Source: Octopus vulgaris (lineage: Eukaryota). Taken from it: 64,000 bases of DNA. Where the stretch lies: NCBI GenBank assembly GCA_951406725.2, contig OX597823.1, positions 52,824,001-52,888,000 on the forward strand, read 5' to 3'. Of the stretch, positions 11,946 through 24,851 are shown piece after piece; positions within the stretch are counted from its first letter, which is position 1; each line of letters starts with the position of its first letter. Both the position numbers and the translations under genes were made by a program. The notes under the pieces were generated by a model, which was not told where the DNA came from, ran no database searches, and saw only the letters and a list, made by a program, of their open reading frames with translations.

Positions 11946-12045
11946 TAGGTGTGACTGTGCGGTAAGGAGCTTGCTTCCCAACTACATTGTTTCAGGTTCA
12001 GTCCCACTCTGTAGCACCTTGATTAAGTGCCTTACACTATAGCTC

Positions 12046-12100
<55 letters not shown>

Positions 12101-12261
12101 ACGGGCTTCTTTAGTTTCCGTCTACCAAATCCACTCACAAGGCTTTGGTCCGTCCGAGGCTATAGTGGAAGACACTCAATCAAGGTGCTACAGAGTGGGA
12201 CTGAACCTGAAACAATGTAGTTGGGAAGCAAGCTCCTTAACGCACAGCCACACCTACGCAT
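11941..12261. repeat. Inverted duplication of the 5' part of a family A SINE
   Basis: Arms 11941-12043 and 12159-12261 are reverse complements with about 5 differences and share private mutations. Confidence 0.92.
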
Positions 12262-12271
12262 ATATATATAT

Positions 12272-13412
12272 CGGGAAAATAGAAGTTGAAAACGCACTGA
12301 GAATAGATAAAATATTTTTATTATTATATTTAAAAATTTAACCGGTTTCACAATTTACACTGATCTTCAAAATGTTGAAATAGAAAGGCGTGGCTTATGT
12401 CGCAGCTGTCTTGTGTTTGAAACATGCCCTATTTTTATAGGGTGTTCATGGCTTAAATTAGTATATGTTTTGAATAAGATTTGATTAGTAGAGGGTAGTC
12501 ACATGACAGTATATTTTGCGCCTAAAATGGAGGCCGACATGGTTGAGTGAACATGTTTTGTTTCAATCAAGATTACATAGGTCAAACAAAGTTTACTCTA
12601 AGAAAATAGACTGACCATTCACCGACAATAAATACGAGATCCCAGTACTAGACAGATTCCACTGAGTGGACACATAGATATACGTGCAAAAAATAGTTCC
12701 CCAAATTCCAAGTCTTCCCACTCTACCTATGTTCAGCGAATACTACAGACGAAGCACGGATAAACAAAGAAAATACTTTCATACAAAAGCACAAACTAAA
12801 ACTTAACAAACTTTAACAGAATACGTACACAAATAAGTATTCTTACACAAAGCTCATTCTGCCACTTAACATGATGAACCTACACAGCTAACAACATAAA
12901 TCTTAGCCACTGGACTACATACAAACGACTCCTTTTCGCTCTCCCATCAGGCATATTAAATTTGGAGTGCCTTGATTGCAACTAAACACGTACACTCAAC
13001 TGTGTGGGCCTTCATTTTGGGCGCAAAATATACTGTCACATGGCACTAACGCACGAAAATGTACAAAAGTTTATAAACTTAATCATGTGTTCATTATCTT
13101 CAAACACTTGACAGTAAACATTTAGAGCACTGATAGGTTGGACATCTTCAATCAACCGTGTCAGCCTTAACTTTACGACGCCAAGCATTGTCACTTGATG
13201 CTAATATACTGACGTAGCGGGGAACCTACAAAGAAGTAAGACAGCTGCGACATAAGCTACGTCTTTCTATTTCAACTTTTTGAAAATCAGTGTAACCTGT
13301 GAAACCGGTTAAACCTTTAAACACAATAATAAAAAGTATTCTAACTATTCTCAGTACATTTTCAACTTCTGTTTTTCCTATATTTCTACCTGTGTGGAAT
13401 AAAATAACTTCG
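12272..13412 (+). mobile_element. Penelope-like element remnant: GIY-YIG C-terminal half plus 3' repeat, preceded by an inverted copy of the repeat
   Basis: 12571-12816 translates (2 frameshifts, 1 stop) as DYIGQTKFTLR-RLTIHRQ*IRDPSTRQIPLSGHID...FQVFPLY...RINKENTFIQKHKLKLNKL*. Inverted pairs 12272-12412/13238-13380 and 12497-12571/12971-13047; (AT)n on both flanks. Confidence 0.82.
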
Positions 13413-13457
<45 letters not shown>

Positions 13458-13587
13458 TATTGGTATTGGTATTTAGAAAACCCTAAAAGTGGCAGGTGAC
13501 GCTAATAAGTGCTATGGACAGACCGTAGTTAAACTCTTGGTTCGATAGTGATACGAGTGAGGAGTCTAATGTGGGTCTTGTATTAGC

Positions 13588-13620
<33 letters not shown>

Positions 13621-14974
13621 CATATATATGTAATATGTGTCTGTTGGCTAAAACAGTTCGCAAACTGAGTGATCAAAATGGACAAGTTAGCCGAGAATAA
13701 TATCAACCAACTTAGGCTTCCAGTAATGAGCTGGCTTCTCTATGCTTGTAAAAATTTATTTAGGTCTAATGTCGGTTAGACTGACAACTCCTTTCCTTGT
13801 TATATGAAATTTTGCTTGATCGCTGTATACACACACACACAAATATATAAAGCTAGATTTACTTTTACAAGCTTTTCTTCTCATAAGCTTGGTCCAAGGT
13901 TCTGGAAAGTTCTTTGTGATAATGAATCATTCAGATAATTGCACAAAAGAAACGACAAAAGTCATCTGTTATCTAAGCCCAATCAGTGTAGTCAACTGAA
14001 CTCAATTAGAGCAGTTGTTTTGAAAACCAAACCAATAAACCTGGAATTTTCTTATGAAAAGAAGAGCCATCAACAACACATGCTTGTTTTCTTTATTATT
14101 AAAAGTAATGCGCCCTTTTAATAATCCTTGATGCTTACAATGCCTGATGCTAACGAAGCAAAATCATTGCTATAGGATTAAAAGGGATTAATATACCACA
14201 GAAACAATGATGGATCACATTGAATTATGTATCTTATTTATTATTTATTTATTCTTTATTTATTCTTGTTTTTGCTCTTCTTTTCGGTTTATATAATTTA
14301 CCGCTGATATGCTAGGGACGTGATAATCTTTTTATTCACAAACAGATATCAGTAGAATATTGGAGATTATAAATGGAGGATTTATTCTATCAGTTACGTT
14401 AAACTATGTTATTTGTTCGTATATATGTCTTAGAAACATAAATGACCAATACCTTTTTTGAAAATAGAGGTATTATATGAATTAAATATAAAAATATACA
14501 GGCAAATAAGATATAAAAATTAAAATACAAATAAATTGTGCTATCAAAATACAGTTAAATAAACAAAGCAAAAATGTCATTAAAAATAAATAAAAAAATT
14601 AAAATGCAATTATGATACTATTATTAATAGATAATTAATATACAATAATTAATCTTTTGAACTCTGAATATATATCCATCTCAAATTTTATTACAATTAA
14701 CTGCAGAAAGTGGATTTTATCCAACGGATTTGGTGGAGAATACCTCTTATTATGCTGCGAGAAGCGAAGAATACTCAGTGACACTTTTAACAAAAGACAA
14801 TTTTCTGATTTTCTCAATATTTTTTTTTTTTTCAGATATTTCATCCAATATATTTCCAGAGCAAGAATCAAATACTTTTAGAGATGGATAGGTACGATTT
14901 TCATATGAAACAGAAAATACCAATACTAATTTATGGTGAAACTCAATTAGGCAGTCAAGGGTTTTATAAGCAAT

Positions 14975-15350
14975 ATTCTTTTATTTGTTCCAGTCAATTG
15001 ACTACGGTCATGCTTGAAGGATTTTAGACGAACAAATCGATCCCAGGACTTATTTTTTAAGCTTAGTACTTATTCTATCGGTTCTTTTTGCCGAACCGTT
15101 AAGTTACTGGGAAGTAAACATCAACACTGGCTGTCAAACGGTGATGAGGGGATACAGACACACACATAAATATATACATATATATATACGACAGGCTTCT
15201 TTTAGTTTCCGCCTACCAAATCCACTCACAAAGCATTGGTCGGCCTGAAGCTATAGTAGAAGACATCTTCCGAATGTGCCACTCAGTGGGACTGAACCCG
15301 GAACATGTGGTTAGAAAGCAAGTTCCTTATCACACGCCACGCCTGCGCCT
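14975..15350 (-). mobile_element. SINE family A
   Basis: Reverse complement of the family A consensus, ending acgcctgcgcct. Confidence 0.88.
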
Positions 15351-16888
15351 ATAATAATCTATAAAGTTTTTGAATTAGTAACTTCATCTTTAGAATGTAT
15401 ATGCACGATATTTACATCTGCAGTGTATTCAGAAAAAAGTTTTCCAGTTCAAGTTCAAACTGGCGCTATGTACGGACATAACTATTAAACAGTGAGCTGA
15501 CAGAATCGTTAGCACGCCGGACAAAATGCTTAGAAGCATATTCGGATCGAACCTAGAACCATGCGGTTGTGAAGCAAACATCTTATCCCGATAGCAATGT
15601 TTGTTGCCACTCACCCCCCCCCCCCCACACACACACATGGAGCCTGTTACTTAGGCATAAGGCCACATATTTGTCGAGGAAGAGAAATGGAGATATGTCT
15701 TTCTCCGGATCGTTAGGTATTCATTGAAATATACTATCTGATACACCATAGTAATGAATAGTGATAAAAAAAAAAATAATAAAAGAAATTAACCAAACGC
15801 ATTAGTTTATCTAACAGGATTTATTTATAAATTTGGCAGAGGAAAGTTCTGTTTTGAACGAATTAATTTGTCGTGGAAATTTACAGCCTTGCCGTACTTT
15901 TGTTGAAATCCAAGTAATTTGCTGCTTTATGAAGAGAAAGAATTTGTAGAAGAAACACACAAAAGCCAATAGACGGACAAAGATAAACTTGTAAGAAAAC
16001 AAGTGTAACGAGCAGCTTTTGCAATGAAATGAATACAACAATCTATTTTCTCGAAATTAGACCCGTGGTGGTTGGCACCATTTTCTGGCCTCCTTCAAAC
16101 AAGCTCTTCCGGATCTTTCAATCAGATTTGAATGGTACTTGGTAGAAAGACATCCGAATCTCAGACAATATCTGTGACGATATTGTGCTATTGATTGCGT
16201 CTTTGTCACTCGCGCAACTCCAGGCAGTTTAGCAATTGGCTCCTTATAAACTACACTCGTTCATTTGTACACAATTCCTTCAATAGCTTCTAAGTTTGCC
16301 GAATTTATTTCTTATTCTGTTTTATAAACATCAGATTAAGTTATATAGCGAAAAACTAAAAGTTAGCTGATCAAAAGAAAGTTCTCCCTATTCATGCCAC
16401 AGTATTGTCATAGAATTGTCAACGAACGCTAACTAGCCCTTGTTTCTATTTCTTTATTAGAATAAAGACTAGGAATAAAATGACTAACTGAAGGCTGTAG
16501 TTGAACATCTGGATAACTAAATAGGCTTAGAGAAAAACTATAATGATAAATAGTCATTGAGTATTACAATGTAGACCTCACTTTGTTATTGTCATCTTTG
16601 TTTTTCCTGATTAAAGTGTTGGTATTAGAACAGATGGTACTGAGCCTTGTAGCTGTACAATGGAATCTGGTTCAATGTCTCTATGATTCATATCTTGCTT
16701 CTATTAACTTCGATTTTCATTCAACACAGAAGTGGTAAAATCATACCAAACAATCACATTAAGAGTCAAAGAAATAGATTTTATCCCCACCCCCATCCAG
16801 CCATTTTATAACACCACTCAACCATCTAAAAATAGCCACTAAATCTTCCTCAAATCACTCCCAGCTGTGCTGGGGGAAAAAAGGTTAG

Positions 16889-16954
<66 letters not shown>

Positions 16955-17152
16955 TAAAGTTTCAGCTCAGAGCTGTGGCCATGCTGATGCACAACCGTTT
17001 TGCGCTACACTGTTATTACTAGGAGCCTCCTCTAATATGTGGCACTTGATGAAGAATGGAGTTTGATATAGCTACCCTCATTTGCACCTCTTGCCGTGAG
17101 GTAGGCTCATCTGGGACTCTCGATAGGAAGAGGTCCAGCTTTGATTTTAAAA

Positions 17153-17192
<40 letters not shown>

Positions 17193-17956
17193 CATACACT
17201 TAAAAGTGAGATAGTCCATAATTCCGAATAACATTGATCATAGGTTCGCTCAATCAGAGCTAGTCTAGGGCTAAACAGCAACAGTATCAACATAACTATG
17301 ATAAAAGAAGTTATCATTGCCTTCGGTCTTCGCTGGCATATTCTATCACCGTTTGTAAGAAATAAATTTAGACAATTGTCAGCTATGAGTCGTGTTAGCA
17401 CAGTGATGAAAGCGAACCACTACAGATGCTTTATGTTAAACAAGGATAACTACGTTCAGGCTCTTCCCGCCTACCCCATAAATTTTTAACTTTCATTCTT
17501 TGGCATTGGTTAATTTAGTTGATCAAGAGGAATTACTATAAAGACCTATACTTTCTTTTTTTTTTTTTTTGTTTCCTTGGAAAGAGAATGGGGTATCGTG
17601 AGAATTTTTAGGCACATTTCTGTTCCAAATTATTAGAGACGATAATGAACTGGGAGAGTGAAAAATCGGATTGCAAGCTCGTCAGTAGAGAATCTTACTG
17701 GTCGGTAACTTTCGCGCTTCGATACTCGACATGAAATTGTCTAAAAATAAATTTGGGTCCTTTCCGAATTCTGATGTAAGATAAATGAAGTTGCCACAAT
17801 AAATTTGAGGTACGTCTTTGGTAAATTATCTCAAATTTATGTAAGTTTTATTACATTTATAGCGAAAAGGAAATACCTTTCATCCATTTAACAAAATTTG
17901 ACGTTTTATCATTCCTCACTCACCATACCTTCACCAAAATATTCAGTTACCTTCCT

Positions 17957-17989
17957 CATCATCATCATTATTATTATTATTATTATTAC

Positions 17990-18058
<69 letters not shown>
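17957..18058. repeat. (ATT)n microsatellite
   Basis: Direct reading. Confidence 0.95.
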
Positions 18059-18059
<1 letters not shown>

Positions 18060-19209
18060 ATTCAGTTTATCTTGAGACAATGTTATTTAACTTGAAACAA
18101 AATAATTGGTAGTTGGATATATTGAAATAATGAGTCAGAAATTTAAATTTCTATAGAACAAAATAAATTGTTTTTAATACATTATGCAAGGCTTTCGGTT
18201 TTGTTGTCTACAGTAGCGTGATTAGAGAAATAAATGGCTACATCAAAATCTATAACCACAATGTGTATATAAGATCTTAGATTAGAATACATGGGTAAAT
18301 TAGATTAGGAAAATCGATGTTTGAAATTGATGAGTAATATTCTCTAAAATAATATTGGACAGTTCTCTATTAACATAACTTCCCTCTATGAAAGCTCATC
18401 GAATCTGACATATTGAGTTAAAAACCATAACTAGAAAGTAGATCTATTTTATTCAATTTATTTCATTTAGAAAACGCAGAGAAGCAGTTTGATTCTGAAT
18501 GCTGGTAACAAATAATTTCTATCCAAAGGCACAATCATTTTTGCTTGGAAGATATGACTTGGTCGATTGAAGTGAACCCTGAATATTTCAACTTCGTGCT
18601 TATTGATTCCAGAACTCAGAAATATTAGGTGGCAAATAAATTTCGGGGAAAATATCTGGTCTGTATGAATTGCAACGTATGCATTATATATCTACAACAG
18701 CATTTTTATTTTTATTTACTGGAATTATTTATACTTTTACTTACATGCTGGCTTCAGTCATTGGATTGCCGCCATCCTAGAACGTCACGATCAAGGATTT
18801 TAGTTGATCATATTGAATCCAAGTTCTAATTTCAATCTTCTATTTAACTTATCCATCTTTAATTATGGATACACTTCCGCGTAAACAGACTCAATTTCAC
18901 AGATGAATATAAAAACAGACAGAAATGCAAATACACTCTCACACGTATGTATTTCTGTGTGAAGTAAAAAAAAAAATCATAGCTCTGTGCACATCGAATG
19001 GTATGGGTTTCTCGAGTTGGCGTGTACAGAGGTAGCAGATATCATTCTAGGACAGAGATCGTTCCCACACGCAATAGTCGAGCTAACTTTAAGGTACAGA
19101 TAATTTAGGAGCTAGAACTTCTGTTTGTGTTGCCATGGTACAAAAAAAGGTACTCGAAAGATTACAAGAATACACATCCTTACTTTTGTTAACATATTCT
19201 GCATCTAAA

Positions 19210-19640
19210 AGGCACTGAGCAGGCAGAATCATTAGCACGCCGAATAAAATGCTTAGCAGCATTTCGTCCGTCTTTACCTTCTGAGTTCAAATTCTGCCGC
19301 GGTCCACTTTATCTTTCATCTTTTCAGGGGTCGATAAAATAAGTACGAGTTGAACACTGAGGTCGATGTAATCGATCCGTCCCCTCCCTTAAAACTGTTG
19401 GCCTTGTGCCAAAACTTGAAATTAATATTATTACTATTATTAAATTGATCGGTGAGCTGGCAGAATCGTTAGCGAGCCTTTCGTCCGTCTCTACGTTCTG
19501 AGTTCAAATTCCACTGAAGACGATTTGCCTTTCATTTTTTTCGGGGTCGATAAAATAAATATCAGTTGAGTACTGGGGTCGATGTAATCGACTTACCCTC
19601 TCCCCCTGAAATTGCTGGCCTTGTGCTAAAATTTGAACCC
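19210..19640 (+). mobile_element. Two adjacent family M SINEs
   Basis: ggcagaatc.ttagc...ttctgagttcaaatt...ggggtcgataaaataa...ggccttgtgc.aaaa.ttgaa occurs twice. Confidence 0.85.
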
Positions 19641-20614
19641 AATACATTCAGAATTAATTTTGTAACAGTAGCACAATATCACATATATTGGAGTGGTGAT
19701 GGAAGGAATTGATATCATCGACCCAGTATTTAATTGGTACTTTATTTTGACAACATCCTCGGAAAGATGAAAAATTATTTTTAATCTTTGCAGGGTTGTT
19801 TAATATTGATTTCTTACATTGGAACACGGACTGAAATGCTGGGGGTGGGGGTGGTGAGAACAGTCAATAATATCGATTTGACTAGTACTTTATTTTATCA
19901 TCCATTTCCATGAAGGATGAAAGGTGAAGTCAAGCGTGTCATAATTGTTCGATATTTATGAAATAAATGAATGGTTAGATGTTAGAACATGAATTAAATT
20001 CTTCAATATTTTATATAAGCTTCCTTAATTTCTTTGGCGATCCTTTGAAAAATAGATGTGGAGCGTTAAAAAGCTTTAGCAGTTTAAAATACTGACTAAT
20101 GACTAACAAACGTCTACACAAAATGCTTTCCAATATTTTTTGATATCCAATCGTTTTGTTCCATCGGTTTATTACATACTGAAAATTTATAATGAGTCGA
20201 ACTAACTGTCTTTGGTATTGGGGATTTTTATCTTCGCGTATTGAGGTCGAATCTTATCCTGCTTAATCATGTCTTATTCTTTCTATAGTCGAAAAAGTAA
20301 GTAGCTGTTGTGGATGTTACGGTCGTTGTTTATCGTTAATACAGCTCTGATCAAGACGACCTATGATGATAGGATTTCCACCTTGCTTTGTGAGTATATT
20401 GGATCATATTCTCCTGATTTAACCATTTAAAACGATAGGATATATTTGGAGAAAGATTTAGCTGCTACTTCTTGTAGAGAGATCGACTACATAGATAGAC
20501 ATTCGAAAGCTACAACAATCCAAGGAAGCACACTAGGCTCCGTCGAAACAGTGATATATATATATATTTGCTATTGAATATATTTACTTAAATTAGAAAT
20601 CTTTATTATTTTTT

Positions 20615-20777
20615 GGGCGCAGGAGTGGCTGTGTGGAAAGTAGCTTGCTTACCAACCACATGGTTATGGGTTCAGTCCCACTGCATGACACCTTGGGCAA
20701 GTGTCTTCTACTATAGCCTCGGGCCGACCAAAGCCTTGTGAGTGGATTTGGTTGACGGAAACTGAAAGAAGCCCGTC

Positions 20778-20861
<84 letters not shown>

Positions 20862-21056
20862 TTGTGTGTCTGTGTTTGTCCCCCCAACATCGCTTGACAA
20901 CCGATGCTGGTGTGTTTGCGTCGCCGTCACTTAGCAGTTCGGCAAGAGAGACCGATAGAATAAGTACTAGGCTTATAAAGAATTTGCTCGACTAAAGGCG
21001 GTGCTCCAGCGTGGTCGCAGTCAAATGACTGAAACAAATAAAAACAATAAAAGAAT
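20615..21056 (+). mobile_element. SINE family A, near-intact
   Basis: Box A tggctgtgtgg, box B ggttcagtccc, caccttgggcaagtgtctt, internal (AT)n(GT)n, and tail ggcggtgctccagc...gactgaaacaaataaaa. Confidence 0.93.
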
Positions 21057-21244
21057 ATTTAGTGAGAGTAAGAGACACAGCTGCTACATTTGTAGATTCT
21101 TCAGTTGCTGCTTGTTGATAGCGCAGAGGTTGATGGGGATATGAAAAAACATGAGTATGGGAAGAATTACACGAGACTAATATTTTGAGTAAGCAGTTAT
21201 GAGAAGCGTTTTTGTACAGTGATTAAGGGATGGTATATAGGAAG

Positions 21245-21477
21245 GGCGGCGAACTGGCTGAATCGTTAGCACGCCGGGCGAAATGCGTAGCCGTATTTCG
21301 TCTGCCGTTTCATTCTGAGTTCAAATTCCGCCGAGGTTGACTTTGCCTTTCATCCTTTCGGGGTCGATAAATTAAGTACCAGTTACGCACTGGGGGGTCG
21401 ATGTAATCGACATAATCCGTTTGTCTGTCCTTGTTTGTCCCCTCTATGTTTAGCCCCTTGTGGGTAGTAAAGAAATA
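21245..21477 (+). mobile_element. SINE family M (tRNA head, Meta/MESC-like domain, Tx1-like tail) with 13-bp TSD
   Basis: TSD ggtatataggaag at 21232-21244 and 21478-21490. The central gactttgcctttcatcctttcggggtcgataaattaagtaccag resembles the Meta/MESC SINE domain (from memory). Confidence 0.93.
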
Positions 21478-21830
21478 GGTATATAGGAAGACAGTGGTGA
21501 ATATATCGGGGTAGTTTGTTCGAAGGTAATATTAGTTCAACAGAACAGAAATAATTGCAGTATCCAAAACTTAGTAACACACCTGAACCTTGTCCTTCAG
21601 TGTTGTGTTTTTAGTGGAGTTCAATTTGCTGCAAACTTTTGGGCCTGGTCCACGATTTTACCTTTATTCAGTATTTAAATACCTTTCTTCCAATATAGCA
21701 CCTCATAATCCATGGTCTCTTCCTCCACCTTTTTCCTTCCAGTTTCAGAGGCCTTTGGTTAGAAGGTCATAGACACTGTCCTTTCTTCTCTGGTTTAGCC
21801 ATAATAATGAAAGAAGAGAGGCAGAAGAGA

Positions 21831-22184
21831 TATTTCTTTATTAACCTATAAAGGTTTTACATAGTGGGGACATTACAAGGACAGATAAGGGACATTCAGG
21901 GTACAAACTCGCTTCTTACATACAGTGTGAAAAACCGGATGGATTTTCATACATTTTGAATGAGGGTTAAAAATATACATATAAACGATGATCGGATTAG
22001 TTTTGGGTCCGGGTTAGTGAGTTAACCCGCCGGTTGGTTATCCTTTTTAGTAATCTTTTTCCTTCCTTTTATGCTCCGACCGACCGTGCAAGCACAGCCT
22101 CGTGCATTCTCATCTTTCTTACCACTGTCATCCATCTTTTTCCAAACGCTCTTTGTGGCAGGCTCCTCCTCTCCAGGCGGATCT
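21831..22184 (-). mobile_element. 5'-truncated Tx1/L1-like LINE (ORF2 end plus 3' UTR) with 16-bp TSD
   Basis: TSD agagag(g/a)cagaagaga at 21815-21830 and 22185-22200. Minus strand reads IRLERRSLPQRAFG-RWMTVVRKMRM (Tx1-like ORF2 end, one frameshift) and terminates aataaagaaata. Confidence 0.72.
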
Positions 22185-23703
22185 AGAGAGACAGAAGAGA
22201 AAAGGCGTAAAGAGGATCCAGCTGTTTTAAAGTGTTGAAGAATTATTGGCCAAATAATGACGTTTTGAACAATGACTAGGATGGCACTGAAGCAACACCA
22301 TCCTCGTCATGTAATTAGAAGTAAAATGTGGTCGTTATTTGCACCCTTTAGAGAGTTATAGACTGTCTGCTCCTGAAGAGGAACTCCAGCTTTTGTGATG
22401 CACTTTTGCCACTATATGTATGTCCATCAAAACCTAAGAAGTTTAGTAATTGTTACGACTTTCAAGACCTTATTTGTTTTGCGTTGTTCACGTATCATAT
22501 ACGTATATTGAAAGAGTGTTGCTTTTTATATGTATGGTACTTGTGTCATGTTGTTCAAAATGACTGTGTTGACATATACACATTGACGGCTATCTGTGTC
22601 TGTTTTGATATTATAACATCTTATTACTGCGTGAGCACTGTAGTTCAAGGTGCGATCCTAGTGAGCTGAGTCTGCACCAAAGATTTGAGTTTCACTTAGA
22701 TTCGTTATGTTTCTCATTTCCTCTGTACCTCTGACTTAAGTCTACTGTCAATATCTTGGAGAAAGTTAACTCACTGCATACCTAAAATTACTACTGGCGC
22801 TGATATGACGGTGTGGTTATGAAGATAACTTCACGACTACATGGTTTAGGGTTTGATCCCATTGCAGACCGCCGTAAGCAAATGTCTACTACTATAGCCT
22901 CAGGTCGACTAAGGTATTTTAATAGACCGAAACAGTACGGTAGCCAACTGGAAGGATTGTGTTTTATGAATTTAATCCATTGCACAGTCAACGACTATCA
23001 CTTGGCTCTTCGTCTGCCTTTAGCAGTGTTCACTTTGTAGCAAACATTCGAGACTGCACTCCGGTCTGTGGATAAAATCTTAACTTCTCACCAGCTACAG
23101 AGGTTATGAACAAAGCCATAAAAAAGACTTTTTGATATTAGATGATCCAGTGTGTTAAAGATCTTTTCTTCTTTTATTTTTCACATAACCACAAGCTAGT
23201 AATTCCATTCTGTGGTATCTTTCAAGTAAAAGATAACACAGAATGGTATAACTAGCAGAGCACATTTCTCAAGACTGGTGTACTTTTTGAGATAGTGCAC
23301 GGATCCTTGTCATTAAAAGTTCAAGTAATTAAACTGAAGCACTAAAAGCATATTACGTGCAGGTAGAGAACATTTTCAGTTGGTGATCTAATTCTGACAT
23401 ACCTGATATGAATATTAGATCTTTTATGCAAACATACTCACAGACATACATACTTATTTTAGTATTTATTACATATATCTAGGATTTAATTAATAATTGC
23501 TTCTGTTTAGCAAAGTTAGTTTCATATTATTTAATTTGTTTAGCTTCAGTAGTGGATCAATTTAATACATTTCAATTAATTAAGGTTTGCATCTAATTTT
23601 AGTGGTGTTTGTTCCGCCATAAAAATTAATTAAAATTTTGTTTGCTTGATAGTAGGATGGTTATTTGTAATTATCCATATAAATGCTAATATTCCTCTTG
23701 TAT

Positions 23704-24105
23704 AAGGCAGCGAGCTGGTAGAAACGTTAACACGCCGGGTGAAATGCGTAGCAGCATTTCGTCTGCTGTTACGTTCTGAGTTCAAATTCCGCCAAGGTCG
23801 ACTTTGCCTTTCATCCTTTCGGGATCGATTAAATAAGTACCGGTTACGCACTGGAGTTGATCTAATCGACTTAATCCGTTTGTCTGTCCTTGTTCGTCCC
23901 CTCTGTGTTTAGCCCCTTCTGGGTAGTAAAGAAATAGGTATTTCGTCTGTCTTTTTGTTCTGAGTTCAAATTCCGCCGAGTTCGACTTTGCTTTCATCCT
24001 TTCGGGCTCGACAAATTATGTATCAGTTGTATACTGAGGTCGATCTAATCAACTGGCCCCCTCCTCCAAAATTTCGAGCCTTGTGCCTAGAGTAGAAAAT
24101 AATAT
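23704..24105 (+). mobile_element. Family M SINE dimer (Tx1-like tail unit plus (ATT)-tail unit)
   Basis: Head-body-tail1, then aaagaaata|ggtatttcgtctg, a second body, and tail2 ccttgtgcctagagtagaaaat. Confidence 0.9.
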
Positions 24106-24851
24106 TCCTCTTGTATACAATGTCAGGCATTTTATTTTTCTCGCTAAATGCTATTTTATTCAACTTTACATTGAGTTTGTAAATTTTAGTAGTCCAGCAT
24201 ATAAAAACCAAAAGCACTCAGCTCTAAAATTTTCTCAGTTGCTTTCTTATTCCCTTGACATCTTCAGCGTAAAATTCACTTTTGTTTATTGATAGTTCCT
24301 TTCCTACGAATCCACTTTCTTAGATGAAATAGCTGTTGTGGTTTCTCACTGAATATATCTTCTAAAGATCTTCTCCTGAGTATCCTCGAGAGGTTCGCTT
24401 CATTTAACACAGAGGTTTTACACCCAACTCATAATGAATTAAGTGTTTCTGAAAATCTCTTTGTTCGATAGCTTCAATACTGACAAAACAACTGATGATG
24501 GCTGAATCTTTACAATGTCGAACGGTGAACTGAGGGTTGATGGATCGCATCCAAGCATTTCAGGTCAGAAGACTTAACTCTTGTCTCTTCATTGTTCCTG
24601 TATGGAAGAATATATGATTATGCAAATAGCTAGTGTTGTAGATTGGCACAATCGTCAGGAGAAATATTTTGTGGTATTCGTTTTGTAGTGTTTACATTCT
24701 AAGTTCAAAACTAGCCGAGGTCATCTTCCTGGGTCGATAAAATAAAATATCAGCGTCATTCTGTAGTCGAGGTAATTGATGGACACCCCCATTCTTAAAA
24801 TTTCTGGCCTTGTCCCTAAATTAGAAATGGTTATTGTGTACATAGTTACAC

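Noticed and set aside
14635-16260. Possible promoter or first exon (CCGGAAG ETS-like site near 16106, short ORFs)
   Set aside because: Short motifs are expected by chance. Mentioned only as a hypothesis under the CpG finding.
22260-23280. Possible decayed LINE on the minus strand
   Set aside because: Only an isolated AGVP-like trace; could not assemble RT motifs.
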